This document shows, one piece after another, positions 10,945-24,544 of a DNA stretch of 64,000 nt; position 1 is the stretch's first letter, and each line of letters begins with the position of its first letter. The notes under the pieces were generated by a model. It saw only the letters and a program-made list of their open reading frames with translations, was not told where the DNA came from and ran no database searches. Location: the NCBI GenBank assembly GCA_051362555.1, contig CM120640.1, positions 47,594,788-47,658,787 on the forward strand, read 5' to 3'. The DNA comes from Lingula anatina. Taxonomy: Eukaryota > Animalia > Brachiopoda. The position numbers and the translations under genes were made by a program.

Positions 10945-11684
10945 GTAAGTATATGAGGGGCAGGGTTTGATTAGTTGACTCTGACTTACTAGTAATCATG
11001 CAGTTTGTTAGGGTGTGTATATTACAGGAGCCTACGAGAAAACCCTTGTTACATAATTACAGTATCAAGATGTTTTAACAGTTTAAACTTGTTTAGTATC
11101 ATGGAATGATGTTGTCTGTCTTAAACAATCAACAGATAGTAAAATAAGTTGCCATGCTGGAAAGTACCTAGTTCCAAGCATACCAGCTACATGTAATAGT
11201 AACTTTTGTAATAAATGTGGTTGGCTTTATATCTATATGTACATCTCATAAGCAGGCAAGTGAATGGTTGTGCAGTGCATATTGTTTCATGTGCTACCTT
11301 TTCAGATAAATGATTTAATGACTAGCGTACAAACACTAACACACACACACACACACATTTTAAGTTAGAATTCCTTGTCCCTCTAAAAAGATGTTAATGT
11401 ATAAAAACAAAGAAATTCAGTACTGTCACATGATTTGTATAATTTTGTTGCTATATTTGTACAGGACATTTTTAGCAACAAGTAATATGTAAATATAAAG
11501 AAAAAATAGCATGTGGCTTTAAAAATCTTGGTGAGGGCAAGGATGACATAAGTTTAGTGGTGTGTGTGGTCTAATATTGTGGTAGAGCTGCTGCACAACT
11601 GTAGCATTGATCATCATTATAACATCTAACACAGTTGGAGATATTTTTTTTAAATTTAATTCAGCTACATGTCATTTATTGCAG

Positions 11685-11784
11685 AGAACCCGCAAACCAG
11701 TTGCCACCTGTACCTGGTCGTATGTATAACTTCGATCATCCCATTGACCAACCTATAAAAGAAGTCATTTATAAACCTTTCTAA
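11685..11784 (+). CDS. NDUFA7: NDUFA7 exon 4 (last coding exon)
   Basis: TTATTGCAG|A GAA CCC...TTC TAA = (E)EPANQLPPVPGRMYNFDHPIDQPIKEVIYKPF*; the phase-2 acceptor fits; PPxPG C-terminal motif. Total protein ~141 aa. Confidence 0.88.
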
Positions 11785-12538
11785 ATTGATAACAGACTGT
11801 TGGTTGTTGAAAGTATTCAGCACTGAGGATGAATGGATTTGCATGATGTAATGTTTAAAATATATATGGATTTACGTACACTTGGAACTTGGCACATATT
11901 TGTTGACTCTTTAACTGAAGTGGAACTGAAGCAGCTTGGACAGTTTAATGTTTTTACCAAAGTGTCGTGTTAAAATAGATAAAGTTGCACTTTTAAATTG
12001 TTGACCTTGGCTCCCACAGGATTTTGCAGCTGCAACTGAGTGTCCATATGCACTTGCTACTCAATAGTGTGCTTATTTTGTTAAAAAATGTATAAATATA
12101 TACTTTGAAAGCTGAGATGATTGTGTCATAATCACTGTTGCGAGGGGATTGTCTGACGTCTGTACTTCATCATTTTGATTGAGAATTGATTCAATAATCG
12201 TGGGATGTTTTGATGAAGCTGTTCTCTAGGGACACCTGATGTAATAGACTCGGCTCAGAAAGACCGTGTCCTAGAGAGATATCATTTCCTGTGTGCAAAA
12301 ACATCAATCTTACTGATGTTTTCATAGAGTGTTGACTTTTTTTTGATAGTTAAGATATAAGTTTAGATATTTATTTCCCACACAATAAGTTTATAATACA
12401 AATGTCCAGCAGAGTATACATAAGCTAATTTTAGCTAATTCTTTGACATGTATAGACTTGCAAATGCTCATGTCAGATTTTCAAAGATTGTTAAGTTTAC
12501 TAAAAAATAATCTAAACTACAATAAGTTTTTCAAAGTT

Positions 12539-12641
12539 TACTAAAATAACCATCCCTAACAACATTTGCTTCAAATATTAATTTTATCTTAAACCGCATA
12601 CCTGTGTACACTAGCCCTGTGAACCTGTTCTGCCTAGAACT
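12539..12641 (-). pseudogene. RPS28: Non-processed duplicated fragment of RPS28 (part of exon 2 plus adjacent intron 2)
   Basis: Aligns to 5570-5673, including intronic sequence. The exon copy has CAG>TAG (GGC TAG TGT ACA CAG) and lacks its acceptor end. Confidence 0.88.
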
Positions 12642-13179
12642 AAACATATAATTATTTATGAACTTCCAGACACCATGTCCCTCACTCTGAACATCACCAC
12701 AAACGCAAGATCTATTATCTTGGAGTAATCTTGACTTATAAATTTTTTCAATTGCTATGTTGTGAGCAGAAACCTTGTTGCTGCCAACCTGCCCTTCTAA
12801 ACTACTAGTACTAATTCATTGCACATGGCATGTATTTTCAAATCTGGGTTGATGTTTAAGTAGAATTTTGGTTTACACTCTACTGTGGGATGATATAATC
12901 AGTGATTTAAATTTTTATTTACAGACACTGTAAGTGTCTCTATATGTTCTGATCTGCCTGTCTGTCTGTCCGTCTCGTCTCTGTCACTGTCCGACACAAC
13001 AGTTGCCCCATAACTACCTAACAGTATTTTTGTTTTTATTTAAATTTACTGAGTGGCTTTGTTTGGTAAAGAGGCAGGTTGCTTTTGAAAATCGGCATGA
13101 TTGGTGTACATTTATGGTAATTATTCTGGTTTTTGCACAATTTTGGCAACATTCAGTTTGACATGTAACTACCAAACCA

Positions 13180-13380
13180 TAGCCTTTATTATCATCCAGA
13201 TACTGAAAATGAGATTTTTCCTGCATCTAATTATTCAATAACGTATCTATCTTTGTGCTGATTTGAAACAATAAAAATCCCCTTGAAAATATAAAATATT
13301 GGCGTTTATATTTTATATTGCAATGTATAAGCAAAGGCAACTCGGAGCTTTAATCGTCAATTTAACACCTCTCTATTATG
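13180..13380 (+). mobile_element. Truncated copy of the Kolobok-like element at 25467-26153
   Basis: ~200-bp direct similarity to 25477-25675 (TAGCCTTT..CCAGATACTGAAAAT..TTTAACACCT). Confidence 0.8.
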
Positions 13381-13418
13381 TGTAACTTCAAATTTCCTGA
13401 GTGGCTTTGTTTGATAAA

Positions 13419-13637
13419 GGGTGCATTCCGAGAGATTTAGATCGATCCAGAGATTTAGATTGACCTAACTCCTTGGGGGTTCACGCTAAATTGCAGTTAG
13501 CCGAGCGCGCAACATAGTTAATTACCCCCTTACAGCTTTTAGTAGGCGGGACAGACGCTTAAGCCGGCTAATCTGACAGTAATCTAGTGAGACTCCCCAC
13601 AGGGATAAATCGATCTAAAATCTATGGGAATGGGGTC
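13419..13637. mobile_element. Harbinger-like MITE nested in the HINE
   Basis: Imperfect TIRs GGGTGCATTCCGAGAGATTTAGATCGAT / ATCGATCTAAAATCTATGGGAATGGGGTC with AAA on both flanks; it interrupts the HINE core repeat. Related ends occur at ~33964-34015 and 35092-35304. Confidence 0.7.
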
Positions 13638-13849
13638 AAAGAGATGAACTTTCTTTTGGAAATGGCATGATTGAATTACTTTTACGGTATTGTTGCTGTT
13701 TCTTCCTTTTTGGTATCTGTATATTTGCCTGCTTTGCTTTCCAGTATCTTTGATGTACCTTGTGGCTGATCTAATTGAACAATAATATTCTAGTTAATTT
13801 TTTCATGGACAGCCAAAAACTAAAACCATTACTAAATGAATGTCAAGAA

Positions 13850-16800
13850 TAGCTCGTGATTAGACTGTGTAATAATGTAATTGGAAAACAAATTGGGGTA
13901 AAAGTTGTTTTGTACAGTGAAACCATATCCTGCCATGACCATTATCTTGGTCTGTATTCATCCATCATATATGGCTGGGTGATTCCTTGTATTTATCAGG
14001 CAATTTTCAAATCAGATGAAATGGTTTCAGATTCTTGATAATATGTATACCTGATACTGATGATCTTCAATTTTTCTGATCTCTCTGCTTTTGGAAGAAC
14101 AAAAAGTGATCACATGGGTTGTTTGAAAGTGCATTGTAAACTATTTGTACCAAGTTGAGACACGTTTGCTTTGTTTCATTCACTAAAAAATTACAAAATT
14201 TCTTCTGTTTTAAATGAATCAAATACATGAGAGCATACAATGAAGTTCTGTCACATAACCACATAACATCAATAACCACTCTAAAACCACAACATAATCC
14301 CCCCACAACCCAACCTCAAAGTGTTGGTCTCTACACAATAACACTCAACCATGCCACATAACAAAATTTGGTCTTCATGAAGTTTGCCTGCCACCCAATG
14401 AAAGTGAAAAGGAAAGAAATAGTTTTAACTCTTCAAACTTAAAAGTATCTAGACACTCTGATCAGGAGGGAGTTGTGACTTGTCCATAGTTTAGACATCT
14501 TGGGACATTGTATGGTTCCACACTATAGCTCATGACTGAAAGCCAGGAGCACAACTTGGGTGTAAGTACAATGCAAATGTCAGGTTTGATTATCCAATAT
14601 ATTTTGGCTATTTGATTTAAGAATTGGCCATGTTTTTTAGAAACATATTGAATATTTAAATCTCTTTCTGTCATACATTTAAATATTTCAAATTCACATT
14701 GTGCAAAGCTTCCTGTTATCTGCAGTATTTGAATATATCCTGGAATATGCAGTGTACATTAAACAAACTGCTCTTTTATTTTTGTCTTTGTATTTGAGGT
14801 AAATTCAGAATCACATCCCCTTTGATGTTCATTCAAACATCAGAAGAAATTCATTGAAGATATCGATTCTTTCACTTTTCTTTGTTGACCAAGTTCAGAG
14901 GTCCCAGGGGTGGACTGCGATATTGTTGACATTTACCAGCAGCTCTCCTTGGAGGTATACTGAAGCATGCATACGTCACACTGATGTACAGAAGTTGTCT
15001 GATATGTAAATATCAATTATAAATGATTAAAAAATTTGTTTGGGCAAGAAAATGGAACATTAATAGCATAAAATTACTCTTGTGATACCTAATCACTGGA
15101 ATGTTAAACGGAATTGATTCGTTCTAAGGGATTTTCATTTCATGTTCATATAAGATGAAAGGAGCTTGAAAAGAAATGTATTTTGAGGGTACCAGTTTTC
15201 TCCTCTCTGTTTGCATTTTAAAAGTGTTTTGATATAAGAATTGTACTTCATTCGTACAACCATATTACTTTGAGCTCTCTTGAAGAATTTTGAGATTATA
15301 GAAAACACATTTTCTTATATTTCAAAGAAACTGCAGTTCATGGAAAAGAGGATGCAGTGTTATTTGAGCTTTTATCTAATTTCAGTCCAATTAAGATAAT
15401 CTTTTTATCTTAAGACAGAAATTTTATCTTTAGATGAGAATAGTAACTGAAGTACTTAGACTGAAAGTGTCTGATTATATTCCAGGAACTAAGTATTCAA
15501 ATGGTACAACTTGGCCTGTGCTTGTCAGGACTAATAGGGTTAGTGCTCAGCAAGTACAGAAAATTTTTTAGGTAAGTTTTAAATCAGCAGTTGTGAAAAT
15601 TAACAAGCAGAGTGAGGAATTTGCCAACATTCTATATCCAACCTTGATTGGTAATTTCAACAAGTTTGCTTGGCATGTCTTCTAATAGAGTCAGAAGTCT
15701 TTTTCAGTGGTGCAATGTGTCCAATTTTACTTGTAAAAATTGGATTGTTAATCACCTGTACAGGCAGGTGTATGAATAACACTGCTAGACTTTGAAACTA
15801 TGCACTGAAGTTAAGATGCTTAATATTTTGTCAGTTTTATAGCTTAATCTTGTTATTTTTAGTGAGAAGTTGCATGAATTTTACACCTGCAAATATTTGC
15901 CTTACTTTTTTTATCTGTGTTCGAAATGTTATTTTACTTTTTTATCTGTGTTTTAAATGTTTTTAACAACTAACAAAATATTATTTGTCAGTGAGCATGT
16001 TGTGATTGAGAAGTCAGTGGATTGCAGAAAGATGCTTTAAAGGTTTTTAAAAATTTTATTCTATATTGAATTTCCTTACAGCTTTAAAAGACAGTAAGGA
16101 GTTTATTTTACATGCTGTTTTTTAATGATCAACCCACGTCATAAATATATACCTAATATATAGATATATCCCAAAACTCTAAACTGTTCTAGACCTTATT
16201 CATGTCTTCCCTTTGACTTAGTTGTGCAGTTGTAGTCATGTCATTCTGTTTGGTGTTCAGTTTCTCTTAATATCCGGAAAACATTGCAAAACTCTCTTGA
16301 AGAAGACACTTGAATAGAAAAATCTACCCATGATATGTCTCTTATTGATCAAACTGTGCATTTTGCTCAATCTCTTAGGACTTTGGTAGCTGAAGGATAG
16401 CTGAATTTTGTCCTATGAGGATGGTTCCATTTAGGTGTTTTACTAATTGAAACTACCTTCTGTTATTGAGTATAAGCACAGAATATCATTTTTTGATATG
16501 TGATACATACAACATGTCACTTCCAATGTATGACATCCCATGTGTCACAAGCAACTAAATGTCCCATCCTGGCCTGTGTTTTGTCCTTGTCTAATTAATT
16601 TGTTGCAGATATTTTTTTTATAAACAAACATTACTAATAATATAAGTATTATTTAAGAAATAAAAGATCATTATGCCACAACTGCTCCCTGTAGAATTTA
16701 ACCTCTTTAGTTTTTGTATTGGTCATTATGAAATATTTGTCTGCAGAAATAAAAGTACATTTTCTCTTCTCCTTAGGAAGGCTGCTTACTGTTAATTTGC

Positions 16801-18860
16801 CAAAACTGGTCACACAATTTAAGCATTTCTTCCTAATTGGCCTGTCCCCAGGTGACAAGAATCCCATTTTCTGTACTGATGGATACTAATAAAAGTGAAA
16901 AAAAAAGGCTCTGAATAATGAAACTCACTTTGAAACATAGAAATATCATCTAAATCTAGAAAATGTTCATATTTTTAATTTTTTCATAATACATTCATTG
17001 TTGACCATTTGTCTTGAGTTTGGTTGAAAGTTTTTACTTTAAAAATAATGAAAATTGTGTTGGCTTGCGTCCATTGTAAACTGCCTATGAGATATAATGT
17101 AAATATCAGAAGCCCATCCATCTTATTTATCTGTCCATTCCTCCATTGATGATGGCAATCCAGTCAATTTTCTCCAGTCATTTAATCGGCTTTCATGTGA
17201 TAAATTGATTAATTGATTACTTAACTTCCTGGAGGATTTGGCAGTGGTAGCAAAACTTTCTGGTCTTGCAATTATTTGGCCAGCTTCTTTGTAAAATTCC
17301 ATGATTCAGAATTATACCTTAAGGCAAATTCACCCATGTTGGCACTGACTTTATGAAAGGTGATTATATATTTTTTGTTGTTGTCCATAAACCATTAAGT
17401 CAAATCATTTGAATTCTTCTTCTTTTTTTAAAATTTTATTCTGTTCATTTATTTTTTAAATTCAAAGATTGTAATTTTACTTTGTCTAAGTACCATAGTA
17501 TAAGACTTATGTTCTCAACTTTTTTGCTCATTTTACTCAAAAACACCAGCTAGCGTCATGTACTGGCCATTGGCACTTCCGTAAATCCAGTCATCACAGA
17601 ATTCAACAGAGTCTGTGTGCTAAAGATACATATTAAGTACACAGCAAAAAGGCTGCGGAATCCTCCCATTCTCTTGCCTGGTCTGCTTCCTCGATGGATG
17701 GGCTTTCAAACTAAGTAGCTTGTGAAACCAACTCACTGATACATATGCTAAAGGCTAGTTTGTTAATGTTGTCTTCATTATTGATCATTTTGGCGCAAAG
17801 TCATTATAACTTGATGATAATTATGTAACAGTCCTGTAACAGTTGTATATGCTTGTTAGAAAGCCTGCATTTAATGCATCACAGTCCATAAATTTATAAT
17901 GGAAAGTCCATCCTAAATTCTACAACCATATCTACATCTGCAACTTTTACAATATCACTTTTAGGTGTATATGGATCAGGTTTATCTTGGGGGTATGAAG
18001 GCGTTATCTAAACTTTTCCCAAGACATGATCTTTTCAATGGGAAAGTTGAGAAATTCAGTTTTGTGCAACCTTTGCAGAGCTCTGACTAGAAAAATCCTT
18101 GGATGTTTATAGTTAAACACTGCACACTTTTCCATCAGCACTAGGGAACAAATTTCACCACTCTTCCAATAATCCACTGAGGTCCATGTGTGATGATCTT
18201 CACATATGGTATCTTCCCTCAACACCATGGTATCTTCTCTCAAATACCCTGTACTCTGAAAATGAGGTACAGCAGGGGATAGATTTCTAGGGTAATCAGT
18301 AGACCAAACGGACCAGAAATGGTTTAACCTTTCTCTGCAGCTGGGTGTCACTAGAACCTAGGCAGGTTTTCCGGTATTTCAGAAAACTTCAAATTAAAGA
18401 TCTACATGCATGTTCTGACTTAAAAGAGATGCATTCACATTCCAAATCTTGAATAGATATGTAAATGAAATAAGTAGATAGCAAAGTAGGCCCATACTAA
18501 TACATGCCGGCCAATTGGCAGAAATCCTGTTATCTTAATATAAGTATTTATGTAACAAATTGCCTCAAATTTCTACACCCACATTTTTCTGCTGCAACAT
18601 TGTTGTGAACAATTTGGTTTGGCTGTGGACCATAGATGACTGATGTCCCTGTTGCTTAGAGCATGGCTAATGATTGCTGTCTCTAGACTTGCACTTGTTG
18701 ATTGATTCTTAGACAGAAGGGATCCGGTAATGGTTGGAGTTGTGCTCTGGGACTTGGCTCTGACGTCTCTATCATCCTTCTTCGCATGTTCCTTTTCTTG
18801 GTGGATCATATTTTGGTGAGTTTTGTTACTAATTATTTGTTTTGATACAGGTTGCAAAAA
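13850..18860 (-). pseudogene. Heavily decayed coding relic (pseudogene or transposon-encoded gene), family unknown
   Basis: Series of co-oriented, protein-like minus-strand frames broken by single stops or frameshifts: 18857-18573, 18351-18004, ~18005-17550, 17302-17040, ~16890-16790, ~15755-15590, 14998-14462 (179 codons, 3 internal stops), 14306-14067. Confidence 0.5.
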
Positions 18861-21800
18861 TGTTTAAAATGATTTTTTTTTCATTTTAATTAGCAATATG
18901 AATAATAAAAAGATTTGTTGCAAGTATGTGAAAAAAGCATAAAATTTTGTATTGAAAGCATGCAAATAATTCATATTTGCAGATCATGAATGAAAATTGT
19001 ACTTTTTTCACCAGAATCTCTTGAAATTGCAAAACAAGATTGATATCAAAGGCTCCTGTTACAGTTTAATCTATCAATTGGATAGAAATAACATTCAATG
19101 TAAAGAAACATTAGGGCCTTTCAGGTGTGATAGGTAAATGTTTGTATACATTGCAAATTTAAGTAGAAATTGCTAAAAGATTGTCAAATACTCCAAATAA
19201 GAAGATTCAGATCATAGAGGGATGAATGGCATGCATTCCTGATTGCTTCTTGTCTTTTTTAGGCTAGTTGCTCTGACCATCAGAAAAGCATCTGCTAGAT
19301 GTTATCTTAAGGGTATTTTATTTATTTCCAATAATGTTTACATTTTTGTACATATGATCAGAAATAATTGTGATGTTTGATCAGTCAATTTGTTAAAAAA
19401 GAACTTTTTATGTTTTTGACATGTTTTTCAACCTTTGCATTATATTTAAAATTATTTATGTCTGAAATTGAATAAATTAATGGAGATGCAAATGGTTGCA
19501 CATTTTATAAATAAATGCAACAGCTTTTGCCTTTGAGAGTTAGTCAGATGCTGTCCTACATAGTTGCATGGATTGAACAATTATATGTCGATTGAAAGTT
19601 AACTTGAAAAAAATCTTCTTTTGTTGTAATTTAATTGTACCAGTAACTGGAAGTGAAATGTCTGATCAGTTAGCTAATAATCAAAGTTCTGATACAATGA
19701 AATTTGATCCAATTACACTTGTAGTGAAAAAACAAATCAAGAAATGCATGAATGCTAGAACTATTAATGTCAGTGGATATCATATGAAGCACAAATGATC
19801 TGTGAACCAAAGTAAATGAACAAAAAGCTTTGAGAGCAAATCAGACTGAAATCATTTTACTAGATTCCAAAAAGATGAAAAATTTGATGGATGGCTGAGC
19901 CAGTCATTTTGATGATTTACTTCTGTTCCATTGGTTTAGGAAATTCATGGAACATGAAAGGGATTTTGATAGACTTCAAGCCAAGTGTTAATAATGAAAA
20001 AGTATTTAAAGTGTCATGGTTCTTAAGGCCTTGGTGACACTATCAGCAGATAGTGACTATATATAATCCACAATATTTGTCTGGAAGCTAGCGCAAATGT
20101 GAAAATGTACCTCTTCAGAATGCTAGGTGCAACATGTCTCACAAGGTGATAAGTACATCCCAGTTATATATCAAGAGGGAAGGAGAAAAGTGATGAAAAG
20201 GCTGTCTCATTTTTTTTCCATTTCTTGTTAGACTATATGCCATTTTTTCTAAACACTTATCTTTCAGTAAGATTAGTAACTGGCAGACAACATAGTTTTT
20301 GAAAGGAATCAAGCTGTATGGGAATCATGAATACCATGTTTTGAGTGTCTTTTTTTTATTGCTTTCTTAGATAACAATCTTGGCACACATGTTTCACTAT
20401 TGTCCCTGAAAAGTAAACCCCATCTCAGACAAATTCTTACACCTTTTTTAGTCTCATATGACATCACACAGTGCCGAAAGCCTTATTTTAAGATGTATTT
20501 GCTGATTCCGTTGCACTTGACCAGAGAGGATGGACTGAATGGTATAGGATCCTACCTTTTAAATCAAAACAAAAAAATTCCCAGTCATGCCTGCTGCTTC
20601 AGTGTATCTACACATCAGCCCTTCAATTGGGGTTATTCTTTCCAGCCCAGACACACATCATGCGAATATAACCAGTTACGATAGCCATAATTGAGCGTGA
20701 AAATGATGGGGCAATTGCATGAAGTCAAACTTCCAGGAAGTAGGTGAAAGCCCAATTATGATGTGAGTTAATAGTTCTGCTGATACGGGGTCTACTGGGG
20801 CAGGCTGAACCCCCAACACATCCCTTTAGATCAGTGGGTCATACTTATATTAACAATAAACCTAATTTATATCAGCTCTTCTTTGAAATGTCAATTTCCC
20901 TATGGACTTTCCTTGATGGACAACCCTTTGAAATGATAGTGGCATTAAAGTTGAATTTACCTACAATGATTGCATTATAGAATACCTACAATATACTAGT
21001 ATGTAATTAAGCATTTTTTAAATTTGATTGAATAACATCCCAAAGATTTCTCAGAACAATTGCTAAAATGATCAATTTGGTAAAATTAGATATTAATCCA
21101 TTTATTTATTCACCAATCACTGCTGCAAAAGAAATATGTTGAAGTGGGGTAGTTCACGCTCTCAATAAATATTTTTTTTATACCTAAGGCTGAAAGTGAT
21201 TTGTTTTGTTTAAAGATTTTTAAAAATCTTCTTATCAATCTCTCAGTGAATAAACCATAATGAAATCTTATTTGCCAAAAATCATAAGCCATTTGACTTT
21301 AAATAAGAATCACCCTGGGGCAAGCACTCCCAAATTGTGCTTTTTTATGTATTTGTTTTGAAGCCAGAAGGCTCTTAGTAAGTCAATCTCCTTTATTATT
21401 TGAATAACATGGTGTCTCCTGAGATGTATGATTTACAAAACTTGCATCAGAAGTGTGGAATAGATTTCCCAGGGCAGCAAATCCCGATAAAGACCTAGAC
21501 TTTTTGTTGTGTTTTTGAAGAAAAGGAAATGCCTTGATTCACCTCCTTTGTAGTCAATTAATTGACAAGTTAAAATTGCCTTTTGTTGAATAAATGTAAA
21601 TATGGATTTATTAAAAAATTAAAGGATGCACTTCTGTGAATAATGACAAAACCTTTTGATAAGAATACTTAGGACTGGAATTTTTTTAAATATTTTTGTT
21701 TGACCTAAATTCAACCAAAGTTTTCAGCCTCATGATCCATATATTTATATATTTACAATTTTTAACTGAAAAATGACTCACAGTCAGAGATAAGATGTGA

Positions 21801-22553
21801 ATTGTTTTGTGAAATTCTGTATGTGTTGACATTGGTGTCTAAAAGATGAGACTTAATCAGATATTATACTAAAGGATTCCTGTTGCTTGCAATTGTTTAG
21901 TATGTATATGTGTCAGTGGATAAAATTACAGGTATATTATCTTTACACTAGTCTCTGTTTCTCTGGGCCTCTGTTTGTATATATCTCCCATGTTTTCATG
22001 AGTTTCAACTCTTAAAACAATATGCACATGTTCACATCAAGGTACTTAAATAATGGTCTGAAGTATTTTGCTAACAATAATGTTGTAAACATTTAGTCAC
22101 CAGGTCAGCATAAGCCCACCTGTGCATATTTAAACAGCCTTTACTTAGACACTCTTCAGAATCCTAAGTGCAGCCCTGTTCACAACAGTAATAAATTGAA
22201 CCAGGAAAATGTCTAGTATAGCTGAAGTTAACCAACAACCAGATTTCGACACCTTATTCCTAATGGCATCTTTGCAAATGAAGTACATGTTAAACAATTT
22301 GGCATCATGATGAAATCAGGTAATCAGTTAAGCTATTTTCATTATAAATTTGTGGACATGTGATCAAAGCATCAGACTCGGAGATAAGATAGGGATATTT
22401 TCAATCAATGAATATGTGAAAAATATAAGTTTCAGACTGAAATGGTTTTTCTTGTGAAAGTTTAAAACTAAAAAAACTGAATACATTGAGTAAGTGAAAC
22501 ACTTTTAGAGATATGGACTGTGACAATTTCCCAGCGGGCAAATCAACATTGAA

Positions 22554-23260
22554 TCAATGTTGAATCAACGTTGATGGTCAACGTTGAAACTATGTTGATA
22601 TGACGTTGACTATGAAAGTTGACTCAACGTTGAACCATCAAGGTTGAATCAACCTTGAGGTATCAATGTTGAATCAACATTGACGGTCAACGTTGAAATT
22701 ATGTTGATATGATGTTGACTATGAAAGTTGACTCAACGTTGAACCATCAAGGTTGAATCAACCTTGAGGTATCAATGTTGAATCAACGTTGACGGTCAAC
22801 GTTGAAACTATGTTGATATGACGTTGACTATGAAAGTTGAATCAACGTTGAACCATCAAGGTTGAATCAACCTTGAGGTATCAATGTTGAATCAACGTTG
22901 ACGGTCAACATTGAAACTATGTTGATATGACGTTGACTATGAAAGTTGACTCAACGTTGAACCATCAAGGTTGAATCAACCTTGAGGTATCAATGTTGAA
23001 TCAACGTTGACGGTCAACATTGAAACTATGTTGATATGACGTTGACTATGAAAGTTGACTCAATGTTGAACCATCAAGGTTGAATCAACCTTGAGGTATC
23101 AATGTTGAATCAACGTTGACGGTCAACATTGAAACTATGTTGATATGACGTTGACTATGAAAGTTGACTCAATGTTGAACCATCAAGGTTGAAACAACCT
23201 TGAGGTATCAATGTTGAATCAATGTTGAAATAAAGTTGAATTTGAAAATTGAATTAACAT
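22554..23260. repeat. Tandem array, 109-bp unit x6 plus a partial unit (left subterminal array)
   Basis: Unit starts at 22554, 22663, 22772, 22881, 22990, 23099, 23208. Units are near-identical and built from TCAA(C/T/G)GTTGA palindromes. Confidence 0.95.
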
Positions 23261-23691
23261 TGATATATCAATTAGGCTATCAGGATATTTGATTGAAATT
23301 TGCCTGATGGCTGAAGGTGTTCTCCAAGATATCAAGCATTTCTTGAAATAAAAAGACTCAGATCTGAAAAGGGGGGGGGAAATTAGGAAAATTACCTACA
23401 AAAAAAGGTAATTTCAGAAGAAAAGGGGGGGTCCAGACCCCGGGACCGTCCCCTGTATCCACCTATGGGTCGTCAGATTCTTTTTAAACTTTCCAGTTTG
23501 ATGCTCAGTGTTACGGACCAAAACAGCCCGAACATAAAAAAACACAAACAACTAACTTAACTATGAATATAATATATTACAAACAATGAACATACACTAC
23601 ATAAACTAACTACATGTAATACTATCATGTTGCATAAACTTTAACATTTGTCAAATGCAGTTAAATTCTAACAGATTCGTAGACAGTTAAG

Positions 23692-23893
23692 TTTTGAAGA
23701 CGCAATGTCACAGTTTTACGAGTCCTTTTCTGTTAAACGTTCCTCCTGATAGTGTGGGGTTTTGAATACGCAATGTCACCGTTTTCCATGTCCTTATCTG
23801 TTGAACGATCCTCCTGATAGTGTGGAGTTTTGAAGACGCAATGTCACCGTTTTCCATGTCTTTATCTGTTGAACGATCCTCCTGATAGTGTGG
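23692..23893. repeat. Tandem repeat, 68-bp unit x3, inside the CACTA-like element
   Basis: TTTTGAAGACGCAATGTCAC...CCTCCTGATAGTGTGG starting at 23692, 23760 and 23828. Confidence 0.9.
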
Positions 23894-24120
23894 CCTCACA
23901 AAGTACTGTTAATAAAGTACAGTTTTTGTACTGTAAAAGTGTTACACACTGTCCACACTCACGTGTTGCATCAGTTCATGTTATCCGGAGTCTCGCACTT
24001 AATAACAGTCCCGCACTTCATTTACATTATACCATAGAAGTGTACAAGTATGCACATACGGTAATTACTCATAAAAATTAAACAACAAATTAACTTACTA
24101 AAATAATTATAACGTCACAT

Positions 24121-24323
24121 CAGGTAGTTAAGATAATTTTAAGAATACAAAAACAAAGGGTCACCAGTCTAATTTTTTTCTCACAGCTAACTTAAATTTC
24201 CAGAAAAACAGGCATTTTTGGCTTTTTCAAGCTTTTTCTTCAACCTTGAGTAAAATTTTGTCAATTTGCCATAAAGTAAGGCTGGTGACCCTATGTTTTT
24301 TTCTTTTTCTTAAAGATAACCTG
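24121..24323. mobile_element. ~200-bp inverted-repeat segment (MITE-like) nested in the CACTA-like element
   Basis: CAGGT..TTTAAGAA..AAAAACAAAGGGTCACCAGTCT versus AGGCTGGTGACCCTATGTTTTT..TTCTTAAAGATAACCTG. Confidence 0.55.
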
Positions 24324-24544
24324 TGGAAAGTTTTAAAAAACTGACGACCGCTTTTTTCACAAAATTAATTTTAATGAAAAAGGGGTAAAACAAGCGTTTT
24401 ATGAGGGGTAATTACCCCTATGCATACCTCTCTAGTGAGATAATCATTTAAAACTATTATCAAGGTTATGATTAAGGTTATAAAGTTAAGGTTGGCCCAA
24501 TGTTGCGATCCAGTTGATATGTCAACATTGACAAAGGGTTTACA

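Larger units (their letters stand above)
12917..13745 (+). mobile_element. Helentron-type non-autonomous element (HINE) with nested insertions
   Basis: T-run, 5' hairpin AGACAC-TGTAA-GTGTCT, (GTCT/GTCC)n microsatellite, repeated core TGAGTGGCTTTGTTTGRTAAAG...TTTTGRAAATCGGCATGATTG, and 3' TCTGTATATTTGCC...GCTTTCCAGT end. Confidence 0.65.

Noticed and set aside
17900-18000. Nucleotidyltransferase (OAS/cGAS-like) or Academ XPG assignment from 'ADVDMVV' / 'DGLSIINL'
   Set aside because: The accompanying motifs (upstream GS; downstream VFDxY) are absent, so no family was assigned.
22554-23260. CRISPR-like array of palindromic repeats
   Set aside because: Units are near-identical along their whole 109 bp with no unique spacers, there are no cas genes, the context is eukaryotic, and the array lies inside transposon TIRs.
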